From: Catajapyx aquilonaris
Lineage: Eukaryota
Direction: 5' to 3'
DNA length: 33,147 bases
Assembly: GCA_000934665.2 (NCBI GenBank)
Contig: JYFJ02004329.1
Span: 1 to 33,147, forward strand
A program made the translations under genes and the position numbers. The notes beneath the pieces were generated by a model. It worked only from the letters and a program-made list of their open reading frames with translations, ran no database searches and was not told the DNA's origin. The stretch's first letter is position 1; every line of letters starts with the position of its first letter. Positions 11,752 through 26,700 of this stretch are shown here, in pieces.

Positions 11752-14700
11752 TCAGTCTTGATGTAGTATCGTCATCAGACCCTGCAAGAAACAACATGGA
11801 TCACTGCTGCATACATGTATAACAATAACTTTCTATAACTTATTGATGACATTCTACCCTTCCATCACAGTCCGTCATTGGAATGCGGTACTTGTTTTGC
11901 AGTTGGAGCAGTGCAATGTTATTCCCTGTTGTTGCAAGCACACAGGGAAATCCTTTTCCATGTCATTACAGGACATTTTTTCGACCTACCAACTCTATTC
12001 ATTAAGCTGTTGGTGTACGTGTAGTACTAGGGCACTGCATTTTAAAAATTATCATTACACATATAAAAGGGCAAAAGCAATTCTAGAATATCTTGGTGAA
12101 GCCAGCACCATTGCAGCTTGCTTGCTTGCAAGTACTTGAGCACAATCCTACCTACACTTGCAGGAAATATCTCCAGTGGTATCGAACCATCACCCTTAAG
12201 TACAGCTTATTATCATTAGTGTGTTCAGTAATTTCTCTTCACCTTTGTTCCGTCATTCCTCCTTCCAGCAGAGTCCTGATTTGGTGGATTCATCTGACTA
12301 TTGGGGAGGAGGTGGGGTCGAATGTATCTGATCCAGTACCACACTGTGGTGGTGCTGAGACAGAATTTCCTGGCAGTTGCTTCCAGGTTGTGACGACAAG
12401 AGGAATCTCCAAACTCAAATGCGTCCAGCACCTTCCTCTTCAAGTCCATCGACTGGGAGAGGGACCCAGAGGGTTCCGCTTCCTTCTGGGGAGGCTGAAA
12501 GGGGAAGGGAAAAAATAATAATTCAAATATCACACATATGTGCAGTTTGCAACTATCCAAATCCTTTCTGCATATAGAGCATGTTCAATGTGAATTCTTC
12601 AGTGGTTAGCGAACCTTCTTTTGCATGATAAGCAGTAACTTTGGATCAGTTACATTTAAATGTTATCACACTTATTAGCTGCAAATTTTAGGTGGATTAT
12701 ATGTGTTTATTATCTGGAAATCTTCATTTTGCTCCTCCATGTCTTTTGTAACAGAGAGTACGCTGATGGCCGGATATGCAGCTAAGAGTTAATGGTAATA
12801 TCATTTCCTCCTTGGACCATCATCTGAAGAGGATCACTTTCTCTCGTTCCTCCCTCCTACAAAATCTGGCCTCACCTTCTCTCCTGTTCCCTTCCGTTTT
12901 GCTCCCTCAGCAGGCAACGTGGACCTGGATGCCTGTTCCCCATCTGGTGCGAGGTCACCTGAGTTGGCATTACCATATCTGGTCTTCTTCTGGAACCAAC
13001 CATCATGAACACATGAGTTATTTGAAGATTAAGTTACAGCTGAAGCATGGTTTCAAGCTCACTTCAGGCAGGTTCAAATAGAAAGTCAGCCAGGAGAGAT
13101 ACGAAAACATGTCGGTAAGGGTTCACTTTAGCCCCGCCAAAACAGTGCAGGTGTCTATACATTTACTTAGTCTACTCAACGAGCTAAGTTGACTGGCACT
13201 ATTCCTAGGGTGGAGAAACCTTTACTTCAAGAGTAATTATTGAGTTGTGAAATTGCACTTAATTAACAATCAAAGAATGACAAGAAACCGGTGTTCCTTT
13301 GTTGAAGCTGTTTACTCCTGTTGTTGCATGAGGGCATCCCCATTGTAATTTGAAAAGTAATTTGCAGGCTGTGCATCCACAACATTGCTGTCGGTCTTGT
13401 GGACAGTGTTGGGTAGGATCTAGATCCCAAACGCGTGATCTATGATCTGATCTAGGTACTTTTAAAACTGAGTATCTGTACTTGTATCTAGATACTTTTT
13501 TTTATGGGATCTACGATCTAGAGATCTGAATTTTCCAGATCATGTCTTTTTTTCGAAATGTTCCTGATGCTCAAGTCATCTTCAAAAGATTATGTCAAGT
13601 CTAGGTAAAAAAAGGGGACCGAAGATGGCAAGTCAATATAATTATGTCAAAATTTGCAAGTTTATATTATTTTTTAAATCACGGAATGTATTTTTAAAAA
13701 GAACTGTGTAGGCCTGGCCTATTAATTGGATAAGCTTGTGTTTTTCAATTATACAAGTTCTCGTCTATTATGTAATTCATGCTTGTCAAAATATAGACTA
13801 ATATGTATGGGACATGCTGGGAATTTCATGATTTATTGACTAGGCCTGTATGTTTCAACTATTTTTATGCGTGTGAAATTATTCTATGTACTTATTCTAA
13901 TATTTTCAATTGCAAGGTCATTATTATTGACACATTCATCAATGGCGGATCTTTTCTCAGTGTTTTCTCTTGCAATTTAGCAATATGCCCCTGGGGCGGG
14001 TGGCAGACAATATTCAAATTCCCTGTATCCCTCTTCACTTGAACTAAACTGCTAATTGACGTAAATCACTTTAGGTTGTGCCGTGATCTGAAATCTGATC
14101 TAGATCCTTTAGAATTGAGAGATCTGAACTGGGATCTAGGTACGAAAACGCTGAAGTATCTGGGATCTGATCTAGATACATTTTTGGGTGATCTTTCCCA
14201 ACACTGCTTGTGGAGCAGTAGATGTTGCCTGAGGTGGCTCTGGCAAGGCCACAACAACGTTTGTTGACTGATTGTTAATTCATTGCAATTTCAGAAGTCC
14301 AAAACTTTTGAACCAAAGGTTTCTGCAACATACGAATAGAATCATTCGACGCAGCTCATCAAGTGGATTCCGGAAATCTATAGAAACGTGTAATAAAATA
14401 TAAAATAATTTATTTGGACATGTCTGGTTCTCATTCAGTGCTAAAACAAGACTTTGTCCCCATTATACTTCACTGCAGAATGTGTAATCGTACAAACGTC
14501 ATATTCCAGTGCATGTTGACTTTGGTATCATCCTATCCAACAAAAAATTATCATTAGAAACATTTTTGAAATTTTCCGGGAATTCAGTTTTTCCTTGTTT
14601 TCTCGAAAGTAACAAAACTGGACTTATCCTGTTTTTCCACCAAACCCTTCAATTCTTACCAGTGGTCCCTTCTTCTTGGCACTGGATGTCTTGCGGTCCT

Positions 14701-17700
14701 CACTTTCTCCCCGACTCTGTCCCATCACATTAACCCAAGCAGCCAGTTTTGATTTCGTCGCTCTCAATGACACCTAAACACGAGAAGATTTTACTCAAGG
14801 GGAAATGGCAACTTTGCAATCACAAGTACTCCTAACCACATTCACCTACATTTTTCAACCTTGGTTTTGAAACGTCTGGAGATGGTTTTGAATTTGATGC
14901 GCTGCAGTCATCTTCTTGGACTCCCACCTGAAAAGGAATACATAGTTTAAAATCCTTTGTCTTGTCACAAACTCTCATCTGACCTTTCTTTGTGCTCTCT
15001 TCCTTCCCGCTCTCTCGTTGGGAATGGCGTGTTTGGGGCCAGGTTTCACACCAGCCTTACCTTCACCCCTGTCGTCCAAGTCAGAGTCACTGCCACACGT
15101 CTCTTCCTGGAAACAGACAACAATGAAGGGAGCCCTTTGAAAAGGAATTGCGACCCATCTTTACAGCCACTTTTCTTCCTCAAGAAAAACTGAATTGAAC
15201 CCACATTTTCCATGGAATTGGCATTTCTGCAAGTCCCAGCATAAGTGCGGTTATTTAAGAAAATAATAGTTAATATACCCTCATTTCATGACATCCTTTC
15301 ACGAGAGCCTGGCCTTGATTGGTACGTACCTGACTCTGGGCTGAACGGGCAAGGCGACTGGGTTGAAGTAACCTCACCCACTTCCACACTGTTACTTGTG
15401 GTAAGCCAAACTTCCTTGCAGTTGCAGTAACATTGTGACTACATTTGGAATCACCAGACTGGTAGGCTTCCAGCACTTTTTTCTTGAAATCCAGTGAATA
15501 AAAAGGTGACGTCCGGATTTCCAGTTCCCCTGACTTTGGCTGTGGAGGAGGTGGACAACAAACATCATGAACATATTATATTGTCAACACAATGTCGCTC
15601 TCTTTCTTCCCAGCACTGATGGGGTATGTGGCAGATTTATTAATTACTAACAGTGATCTTGAATCCATCTTCCTCTTTTCTTAATAATCTGATGAGGCTT
15701 ACCTTTTTCCTATTCCCTAACATCTGATCAGCATCTTCCTTTGGTTGGCAGGCAAGGAGGTGAGGTCGCATGGCTTTCACCCAACGCCTCACAGCAGCTT
15801 CACTTATTCCAAACTTAATTGCAGTTGCATGTAAATTGTGACGACATTTCCCATTGTCAAACTCGTACGCATCAAGCACCTCTTCCCTGAAGGCCAGTGA
15901 GTGGATGTGTCTTTTGTGGGATGTCCCATTTCCAGAGGTTGGCTGCAACAGATATTTAAAAGTAGAGGAAATCTGACATCACCAGTCATTAAGCTAACAA
16001 CACCATTGCCCAAGGTGCTGGCCTGATGCATCGGCTTTAAAAAAAATGTAATGTGCCTGCGATTTGAGACGGATTACTCGAGTTACGTGCCAGTGTACGG
16101 TGGATGCTGGAGGAGGGGGATGTGCCCAGTACACACCCATCACTGTCGCCCACCACCGGAGTGCAAACGCCCGAGTTGGACCCACTTCCTTGGCGCGCCT
16201 CACCCTGCCACTTGCCCGTCCTTCTAGTCCGACATTTTTTTTTTTTTTGACGGAATTATGCACTTGGAGATTAAATCGATTTTTTAGCGCGTTCTGGGCA
16301 CCTTGTGGAGTTTTGTCAGGGTTTGACTATCTACCAAAAGTTTCGGGTAATTTTTGTACAGCCACGCAAAGTTTTAAAAACGGCGTCAGTGAAAACACCG
16401 GAGCTAATACAGCACTTCCTAAACCAGTTTATGATAAAGGGAGGGAGGTGGAAGTGGAAAATGGGGGACGGTCGGGATTACATAGGCCTTGGCGGGATTG
16501 ACAAAGAGATAAGAGCACTTAGTAGGAAAACCAGTAAAAGTAGGTTAAAAATACTAAGAGAAAACTATACAATTGGGAGGAATATCAAAAAATGAAGAGG
16601 ACGGTGAAAGAGACAATAGAACGGGGGGAAAAAAAAACTGAATGTCATGGGGGAATTGTTACAAAGCTAGCCCAGTCAAAGGATCCCAAAGATTTTTGAA
16701 ACCATATTAAAAAATCGAGAGGGCGCAAAACAAATCCAGCTGACACGATCGAGGGGGAGAGGTGGTATGAGCATTTTGGAAAGCTATTCTCGCAGGGGCA
16801 GATCCGAAGCTATTATGGACCGTGGATGAAAGTTTCGAGTAACTATGAGATAGATAAAGCTATTTCAGTACAGGAATTAAAATCGGCACTAGTGGCTCTG
16901 AAAACGAGCTCATCCCCTGGCATCGATAGTATACCAAACGTGCTTTTAAAGAACGCCGGAGCAAAATTCCAAAACTTGATCTTGGAGAATCTTAATTCCA
17001 TATTGGAGAAGGGGAGTGTCCCGGAAAGCTGGGTTCAAATCTGCACAGTACCGATATACAAGAAAGGGAATGTTGATGAACCGGGAAATTATATAGGCCG
17101 ATCAGTTTAACATGCACGCTAGGAAAGATACTAACGAGGGTTCTAGCGAAAAGAATATTAAATCTTCCGAATTTCCCTACGATTATGCCTGAAGAACAAG
17201 CGGCATTTAGGCCTGGATATAGTACGCTGGATCACTTGTTCACGTTAATGACGAGCTCAAAAGAGAAGAGCTTCTTCCTAGCGATGTACACTGTACTCCT
17301 GATTGTCCGTGGTTCGGATAATCCGGGCATCGCCAAAACAAAATAAAACAAAACAATACAAGTCCGGAAAAAGTCGATATTTCTGGCAAACAGAGAAATT
17401 TAACAGACTTTTGTAGAAGGCAAACTAAAGATCTATGGAAAGTTTTATTATTTTTATTTAATCTGATTTAAAGCATCATAGACTGCAGTAGTAGACATTT
17501 AAAGAGTGTAACTTGCATCAAAAACCTATGAATAGCTCATTGTTAAGGTGTCTATGACCATTTTTCGGTTGTTGTCTGATTATCTGGCGACACTCGTGCA
17601 GTCATTAGCCAGGAAAAACGGGAGTACTCGTACACAGTGTAATTTTTAGATTCCATTTTATCAGAAATGAGAGAAGTGTCTATTATATTTTGTTGTTGGA

Positions 17701-20700
17701 ATTACTCAACACAACAACAACATCACGACATTTCCCTATTACAAATTTCCCTAATTTTACAAAAGTAATTTTTACAAATGATGTACTGGATACTCCTCAG
17801 TTTGCAAATATTACTTGTAGTAGAGAGACGCAGTAGTCAATAACATTCAAAAAAAAACGTCAGTGACATAGCAAAAGAGGTGGATGGCAGATGGCGGTAG
17901 ACGACAGCCAGCTCCAATCGGAACTCATGCACTCCGCACAACGATAGTTGGCCTCCGAGGGTTTTGGAAATGTCAGATTTGAGTTCCTCAACCCTGAAGA
18001 CATAGGAAATGACACCCCAACGACTACCGCACCCCCATCAGATACAACGCAAACTCGCGATTTTCACTTACGCCGTTTTTACAACCACGGGTGTGCCAAC
18101 TCTCCAGGCCCTCCAGGAACCGATTTTTGGTGATATGATAAGCACCCTCTCCCAGACAAATGGTCACATCATTTTTGTCAACAATGCCCTTGAACTGGTG
18201 TTGGTGACGTGACTTTTCCACGGATGCGGGTTTAGATGGTGCCACACCCGCTGTACCACCTCGGACAGGCTCCCAGTGACTTTTACCTGTTCGGATCCAT
18301 GAAAACATCCCTTCACCACTGCCATTTCGAGGACATGGTTGAATAGGAAGCCTTGTCCAGGAGTGGACAAGCTGAGCCACCAAAAAGTGGTGCCTGGAGG
18401 GGTGTGGCAGCATAACACCCGTGGTGCCAGTGCATTAGGCTCCATGAGGAATCTCTCGATAATGTGTGCCCATCTGCTGACCTATGAGAGCCCTGTATTT
18501 TTGGCAAAGAAATAAACTCGGCCCGTAGAAAAGATGCCCATAGATTTGGCATTTCAGCAAGTCTGAACGAATGTATGGTGATAATAAAAGGAGTTCCTTT
18601 ACCCTCATTTCATGAGATTCATGATTGCCTCGCCTGGATTGGTCCGCCTGACTCTGGCCTGATCGGGGAAGGAGACGGGGCTGGAGAAAATCGACCCAAC
18701 GCTGCACTGTTCCCTTTGGTAATCCGAACTTCTTTGCAGTTGCCCTCATGTTGTGACGACATGAGGAATCACCAGACTCGTAGGCCTCCAGCACTTTCTT
18801 CTTGAAATCCAGGGAGTATTTAGATGGCGTGCAGATTTGCAGATTGCTGGAGTTTGGCTGCAGAAGAGGTGGAAAACAAACAACTCAGTATATGTCTTTC
18901 CAACATTGATCTCTTTCTTTGCCATCAGGGAGCATATACTACATAAGAGGCGCAAACATTCGATTTTTGCGTCTCTCTGTTTATAGGGCGTTGCCAAGGC
19001 TGGCAGCCATCTTGAAGTGTGTGGTGCGCCAACGAGGTATAAATAGGGTACAGGCAGGCCGTCAAGGTCCGCGGGGTCCGCCATCTTTGATGGTTTTGGT
19101 TGCCATGGCAATACACGGCAATAACAATTTACTTAACCCATTTTCCAATATCGAATTCAAATTCGCGCGTGTTCTTGCCGTGTAGTTGCCATGGCCACCA
19201 AAATCATCAAAGATGGCGGACCCTATTTTTGCCTGTACCCTATTTATACCTCGTTGGAGTACCACACACTTCAAAATGGCCAGCCTTGGCAACGCCCTAT
19301 AAACAGAGAGACGCGAACATCAAAGGCGCCGACAGAAGTTTGCGCCTCTTATGTAGTATATGCTCCCTGTTGCAGTACTCAAGCATGTTGCAGATTTACT
19401 AATTATTCTGAGTGATGTTGAGTCCCCATCATTTTTTGTTTAATAATCTGATGAGGCTTACCTTTGTCCCATTCCCTAACATCCGATGAGCATCTTCCTT
19501 TGGTTGACAGGCAAGGAGGTGAGGTCGCATGGCTTTCAACCAATGCCTCACAGTAGAGTGACCTATTCCAAACTTCTTCCCAGTTGCAGTTGCATTGTGA
19601 CGACATTTGGAATTGTCAAACTCATAGACATCGAGCACCTTATTCTTGAAAGCCAGCGAGTGGGTGCGTTGCTTATGGGTTGTCCCTTTTCCAGAGGTCG
19701 GCTGCAACGGATATTTCAAAGTAGAGGATATATGATCTCATCTGCTCAAGGCAGGCCAGGGGCATATTTTTTAACAGCATAATTTCTTCCTGTTCATGAC
19801 AGAAAACGAGGCTTACCATTGATTTTGGTCCCTTGCCCTTTGCACTAGATGTCTTGAGCTCATCGGCAAGAATCTTGCCCTCACTGCCTGCCTGCCTCTG
19901 TTCCGTCATCTTGACCCGAGCAAGCAGCTTTGATTTCCTTACTCTGGCTGGCACCTCCTCCTAAATAAGCGGGGATTTTACTTTAACATTGCAAAGGGAA
20001 ATGCAACTGTGGAATCACAACAAGTCATTCCTGATGAGGTGTGTTCTTACATTTTGCAAACTGAGATTTGAAACTTCTCGAGATGCTTTTGACGTTCTTG
20101 TACTGTACTCATCTTCTTGGGCAGTCACCTGAAAAGGAATCGTTTTAGAATTTGTGTCTTGCTACAAACTCGCATCTCACCTTTCTTTGCGTCCTCTTCC
20201 TTCCTGATCTCTCGTCAGGAATGGTGTGTTTGTGTGCAGGTTCCACACCAGCCTGGATTTCACTCCTGTCGTCCAAGTCGGAGTCACTGCCACATGTGCC
20301 TTCAACTATTGTTTCCATCTCTTGAGGCTGCTCTGCTCTTACACCTTGGACTCCCTGAACCGTCATGGCCCTGAACAGACGGATGAGGAGTCTGATTGCC
20401 TGATGATGAATTAGGTGATGAGTTTGTTACACTATGGATGACAATAATTGAGAAGAAAAATTGTCCGTGCTCATAACATACACACAAAAATAATTTATTT
20501 GGACATGTCTGGTTCTCATTCGGTGCTAAAACAACACTTTGTCCACATTATACTCTACTGTAGAATGTGTAATATGCATCGTACAAACTTCATATTCCAG
20601 TGCATGTTGACTTTTGACTCATCCTATCCAACAAAAAAAATATCAATAGAAACATTTTTGAAATTTTCTGGGAATTTAGTTTTTCCTTGTTTTCTCGAAA

Positions 20701-23700
20701 GTAACAAAACTGGACTTATCCTCTTATCCCACCAAACCCTTCAATTCTTACCAGTTGTCCCTTCTTCTTGGCACTGGATGTCTTGCGGTCCTCACTGCCT
20801 GCCTGACTCTGTCCCATCACGTTAACCCGAGCAACCAGTTTCGATCTGCTTGCTCTCGACGGCACCTAAACATGACAGGATTTTACTCAAATTTGCAAGG
20901 GGGAATGCAACTTTGCAATCACAAGCACTCCTCACTGTTGTGTTTACCTACATTTTGCAACCTTGGTTTTGAAACATCTCGAGATGATTTAGAATTTGTT
21001 GCGCTGCAGTCATCTTCTTGGACTCTCACCTGAAAAGGAATACATAGTTTAAAATCCTTTGTCTTGTCACAAACTCTCATCTGACCTTTCTTTGTGCTCT
21101 CTTCCTTCCTGCTCTCTCGTTGGGAATGGCGTGTTTGGGGCCAGGTTTCACACCAGTCGTAACTTCACCCCTCTTGTCCAAGTCGGAGTCACTGCCACAT
21201 GTCTCTTCCTGGAAACAGACAACAATGAAGTGAGGCCTTTGAAAAGGAATTGCGGCCCATCTCACAACCAAATTCTCTTCCACAAGAAACACTTCCTTAG
21301 CTGAGAGACTTGAACTTGTTCAAACTGAATTCCTCATAGGGGTTAGCATGTTTTTCAAATGTATAAACAGTATGAACCAGTCACATGGTTATCAGAAATA
21401 TTAGTTGTCAATGTTAGGTCAAACACGCACGTCCCTTGTCAATCTGGGAATCCGTATTTTTTTTTCTGCCATCACTGAGTAATCTTAAGAGTTCATTTCT
21501 TACCCTTGCTTTGTCATTTGCTCTTTCCTCAGCGTCTTGTCTTGGTTGGTGCATCTGACCTTGGGCTGAAAGGCCATGGAGATGGGGTCGGAGCTGCTTC
21601 AGCCATATCCACAACAATCCCTGGCTTAGGCCAAACTTCCTTGCAGTTGCGCTCTGGTTGTGACGACATGGGGAATCACCAAACTCATAGGCATCCAGAA
21701 CTTTATTTTTAAAGTCCAGAGAGTGATTTGATCTCTGTCTTTTCACACTCTCCTTGATTTCCTGTGGAGGTGGTGGAAAATTCAAGGTGTATATTTAGTG
21801 TATGTAATCTGACTAGCAGCCCAAAAGAAGTCAGAAATGTATGGGTGAGAAGTGTGAGCCCAGAGGGATTCAAAAACATGTACTGTACAGTAGAACCCCG
21901 ATTATCCTGGTTCTTCTCTATAACGAAAATAATATAATCTTTAAAAATAAATCCCTTGTGGGCATATCAGTGGCTTCATTATTGTGGTATTAAATTACTT
22001 TGCTTTCAGTCTGCCCTCTTTGGCATTAAAAATTGCTCACATTCTGGGTGCCTTTTCTATTGCTTTGAACTGCCCCCCTAACTGCCCAAGAACAGACTTT
22101 GAATGGATTCTCGTCTCATTCATGCCAAACACAACCTGCCAGCATCCCTTCTTACTCTTAGGGAATCAAAGGAGCAAAGGGCAACCTGCATTTCATGGAA
22201 TTGGCATTTCTGCAAGTCCCAGCAGAAGTGTGGTGATTTAGGAAAATAATAGTTCATTAACCCCCTCATTTCATGACTCGTCCTTTCACGAGTGCCTCGC
22301 CTTGATTGGTACGTACCTGACGCTGGGCTGAACGGGCAAGGCGACTTTGTCGGAGAAACTTCACCCACTGCCACACTGTTATTGGTGGCAAGCCAAACTT
22401 CCTTGCAGTTTCAGTGACATTGTGACGACATTTCGAATCACCAGACTGGTAGGCTTCCAGCACTTCCTTCTTGAAATCCAGTGAATAAAAAGGTGACTTG
22501 CGGATTTCCAGTTTCCCTGACTTTGGCTGCGGAAGAGGTGGAAAACAAACATCTTGAACATAATATATTGTCAATGCAATCTCGCTCTTTCTTTCTTTCC
22601 AGCACTGATGGGGCATGTGGCAGATTTATTAATCACTACCCGTGATCTTGAATCCATCTTAATAATCTGATGAGGCTTACCTTTTTCCTATTCCCTAACA
22701 TCTGATGAGCATCTTCCTTTGGTTGGCAGGCATGGAGGTGAGGTCGCATGGTTTTCATCCAACGCCTCACAGCACTTTCCTGTATTCCAAACTTTCTTGC
22801 AGTTGCAGCCACATTGTGATGACACTTGGAATCACCAAACTCGTACTCATCAAGCACCTCTTCCCTGAAGGGCAGTGAGTGGATGTGTCTTTTGTGGGTT
22901 GTCCCTTTTCCAGAGGTTGGCTGCAACAGATATTTATAAAAGTAGAAGAAATCTGACATCGTCAGTCATCAAGTTAACATCATTGCCCAAGGTGCTGGCC
23001 TGAGGCATCGTTTTTTTTTAAAAAATGTAATTTCTTCCTGTTCATGATGGAAAACGAATTCGAACATATTTCGAATCATTACACCTCAACTGTGCAAGAT
23101 CAATTATTTATAATGATTGTCCCAAACCCTAACTACATCAACACTCTCGCAACCAAGGCAACAGTGCATAAACTCGAAATTCGTACAAAGTACAGCCCTT
23201 TGGTACAGCCAATGTGAGTTCAAGACACTGAACGAAGTACCGAGACCACGTAGAAATTGTTATAACACATGGGGGCCAATCAGCGCGAAGCAGCCGCGTC
23301 ACATCACCCAGATGACGAAATCTCCCGCTCATTATGAAAAGAGGCACGCTGCATGGGGAAACAGGCTTTGTGCCTGCGATTAGAGACGGATTACTCGAGT
23401 TACGTGCCAGTACACGGCAGATGCTGGAGGACAGGGATGTGCCCAGTACTCACCCATCACTGTCGCCCACCACCGGAGTGCAAACGCCCGGGTTGGACCC
23501 ACTTCCTTGGCGCGCCTGACCCCACCGCTTCCCTTTCCTTCTAGTCCGACATTTTTTTTTTTGACAGAATGGGGAACTAGCCTTGGTCTGGGATTTGGGA
23601 TTTTTGTTCATAACTAGCTAGCCCATGCCCGTAAACATACATTCCATCACTCTGTTGCATCAAAATGACATTACTGGATAAATTACGGCACATTTAAAAG

Positions 23701-26700
23701 TGCCTTCAAAATTGGCGGGAAAAACGCGGCGGCCAATCGAAAGGGTACACCGAAATGCCTGGTTGACTGCGAGATATGAGGAATTTGGCTTTGAATTAAC
23801 CGCGGACACGACGGAAAGCATTCGCAAGGCGGCTGTAGGCCATCGACGTGGAGAAGGGGGGCCTTCATGTGCCGAATTCGGGTGACAGATAATTCCGACC
23901 TGGTGGCATCACTGCCACATACAAAGCGGCTTGAGCGACCTGGAATAAATACGCGCCCCGGCCGCTATCTTGCTCACGGAATGGGACGGTTGCTAACAAC
24001 AGCGAAGTATTTTACAACAATGATGGGGCGCGTTCTATAACATCATTTTTGCGTTCATTTCACTTCGCGTGACGTCAATATTTTCCAGGCAAACAGTGAC
24101 GTCACCATTTGCCTACGAAAAAACGCCAATATCTCCGGAACTGAAACTGATATCTTAAAACGGAATATGCCAAAAAAATCCAAAAAATATGGGCGAATTT
24201 ATTATGTAGTTTCCAAAATGAAGGCTACTTCCCCATTATGCACTTTGAGCCTAAATCGATTTTTTACCGCGTTCTGGGCACCTTGTGGAGTTTTGTCAGG
24301 GTTAGACTAACTACCAAAAGTTTCGGGTAATTTTTGTACAGCCACGCAAAGTTAGTGGAAATCGCGTGTTTGCGGCGTATCTGATGGGGTGCGGTAGTCA
24401 TTTCGGGGTCATTTCCTAAGTTTTCAGGGTTGAGGAACCCAATTCTGACATTTCCAAATCCCTCAGAGGCCAACTTTAGTTGTGCAGAGAGCATGATTTC
24501 CGATCGGAGCTGGCTGTCGTCTACCGACATCCACACCTTCTGCGATGATGATGAAATTAAGATGCTTGCACATTTTACCGAGTTATGGTGTTTCAATGAC
24601 CTCATATGGAGTAAATCAAACAGTAACTGACCATCCCCTATCATATTGCATGATTTTGGAATTGCCCCGTATGGAGCAATTCCAACGCTTGCTGGGAACA
24701 ATGGTTACAATGTTTTCTCAGCTATTTTCCTTTTAACATAAAATAAGTAACGAGCTGAGTAGAGAAGAGCTTCTTCCTAGGGATGTATGCACCGTACTCC
24801 CGATTATTCGTGGTTCGGATAATCTGGGCATCGCCAAAACAAAATAAAACAAAACAAGTCCGGAAAATGTCGATATTTCTGGCATACAGAGAAATTTAAC
24901 AGACTTTTGTAGAAGGCAAACTAAAGATCTATGGAAAGTTTTATAATTTTTATTTAATCTGATTTAAAGCAGCATAGACTACAGTAGTAGACATTAAAAG
25001 AGTGTAAGTTGCATCAAAAACCTGTGAATGGCTCATTGTTACGATTCTATGACCATTTTCCAATTATTTTCTGATTATCCGCTGACACCTGTGGTTTGCA
25101 AATATGACTTGTGGTAGAGAGACACAGTAGTCAATAACATTAAAAAAAAAACGTCAGTGACATAGCAAAAGAGGTGGATGGCAGATGCCGGTAGACGACA
25201 GCCAGCTCCAATAGGAACTCATGCTCTCCGCACAACGAAAGTTGGCCTCCGAGGGTTTCGGAAATGTCAGATTTGAGTTCCTCGACCTTGAAAACTTAGG
25301 AAATGACATCGCAATGACTACCGCACCTCATCAGATACGCCCCAAACACTTGATTTTCACTTACGCCGTTTTGTGCCAACCTCTCCAGGCCCTCCAGGAA
25401 TCGATTTTTGGTGATATGATAAGCACTCTCTCCCAGACAAATGGTCACAGTATTCTTGTCAACAATGTCCTTGAAATGGTGTTGGTGACAGGATGTTTCC
25501 ATGGATCCGGGTTAAGATGATGCCACACCCGCCGTACCACCTCGGACTGGCTCCCAGTGACTTTTACCTGTTCGGATCCATGGAAACACCCCTTCCCCAT
25601 TGCCATTTCGAGGACATTGTTGAACAGGAAGCCTTGTCCAGGAGTGGACAAGCCGAGCCACCAAAAAGTGGTGCCTGGAGGGGTGTGGCAGCATAACACC
25701 CGTGGTGCCAGTGCATTAGGCTCCAGGAGGAATCTCTCGATAATGAGTGCCCACCTGACCTGTGAGAGCCCTGTATTTTTGGCAAAGAAATAAACTCGTC
25801 CTGTTGGCATAGACTTGGCATTTCAGCAAGTCCCAACAAACGTATGATAATTAAAAAAATATTTCCTTTACCCTCATTTCATGAGATTCATGATTGCCTC
25901 GTCTTGATTTGTAGGCCTGACTCTGGCCTGATCGGGCAAGGAGACGGGGCAGGAGAAACTTGACCCAACCCCGCACTGTTGGCATTGGTAATCCGAACTT
26001 CCTTGCAGTTGCCCTCATGTTGTGACAACATGAGGAATCACCAGACTCGTAGGCCTCCAGTACTTTTTTCTTGAAATCCAGGGAGTATTGAGATGACGTG
26101 CGGATATGCAGATTGCTGGAGTTTGGCTGCAAAAGAGGTGGAAAACAAACATCTCAGTATATGTCTTTCCAACATTGATCTCTTTCTTTGCAGTACTCAA
26201 GCATGTTGCAGATTTACTAATTATCCTGAGTGATGTTGAGTCCTCATCCTTTTTGTTTAATAATCTGATGAGGCTTACCTTCGTCCCATTTCTTGACATC
26301 TGATGACCGTGTTCCTTTGGTTGGCAGGCAAGGAGGTGAGGTCGCATGGCTTTCACCCAATACCTCAGACCAAATGTGCTTAGTCCAAACTTCCTTGCAG
26401 TTGCATATGCATTGTGACGACATTTGGAATTGTCAAACTCGTAGACATCAAGCACCTTGTTCTTGAAGGCCAGTGAGTAGCTGTTTTGCTTACGAGTTGG
26501 CCCTTTTCCAGAAGTCTGCTGCAACGGATATTTCAAAGTAGAGGATATATGACCTCATCTGCTAAAGGCAGGCCTGTAGCATATTTTGTAATAGCATAAT
26601 TTCTTCCTGTTCATGATGGAAAACGAATTCGAACATATTTCAAATTGTTACACCTCAACTGTGCAAGATCAACTATTTATAATGATTGTTCCAAACCGGA

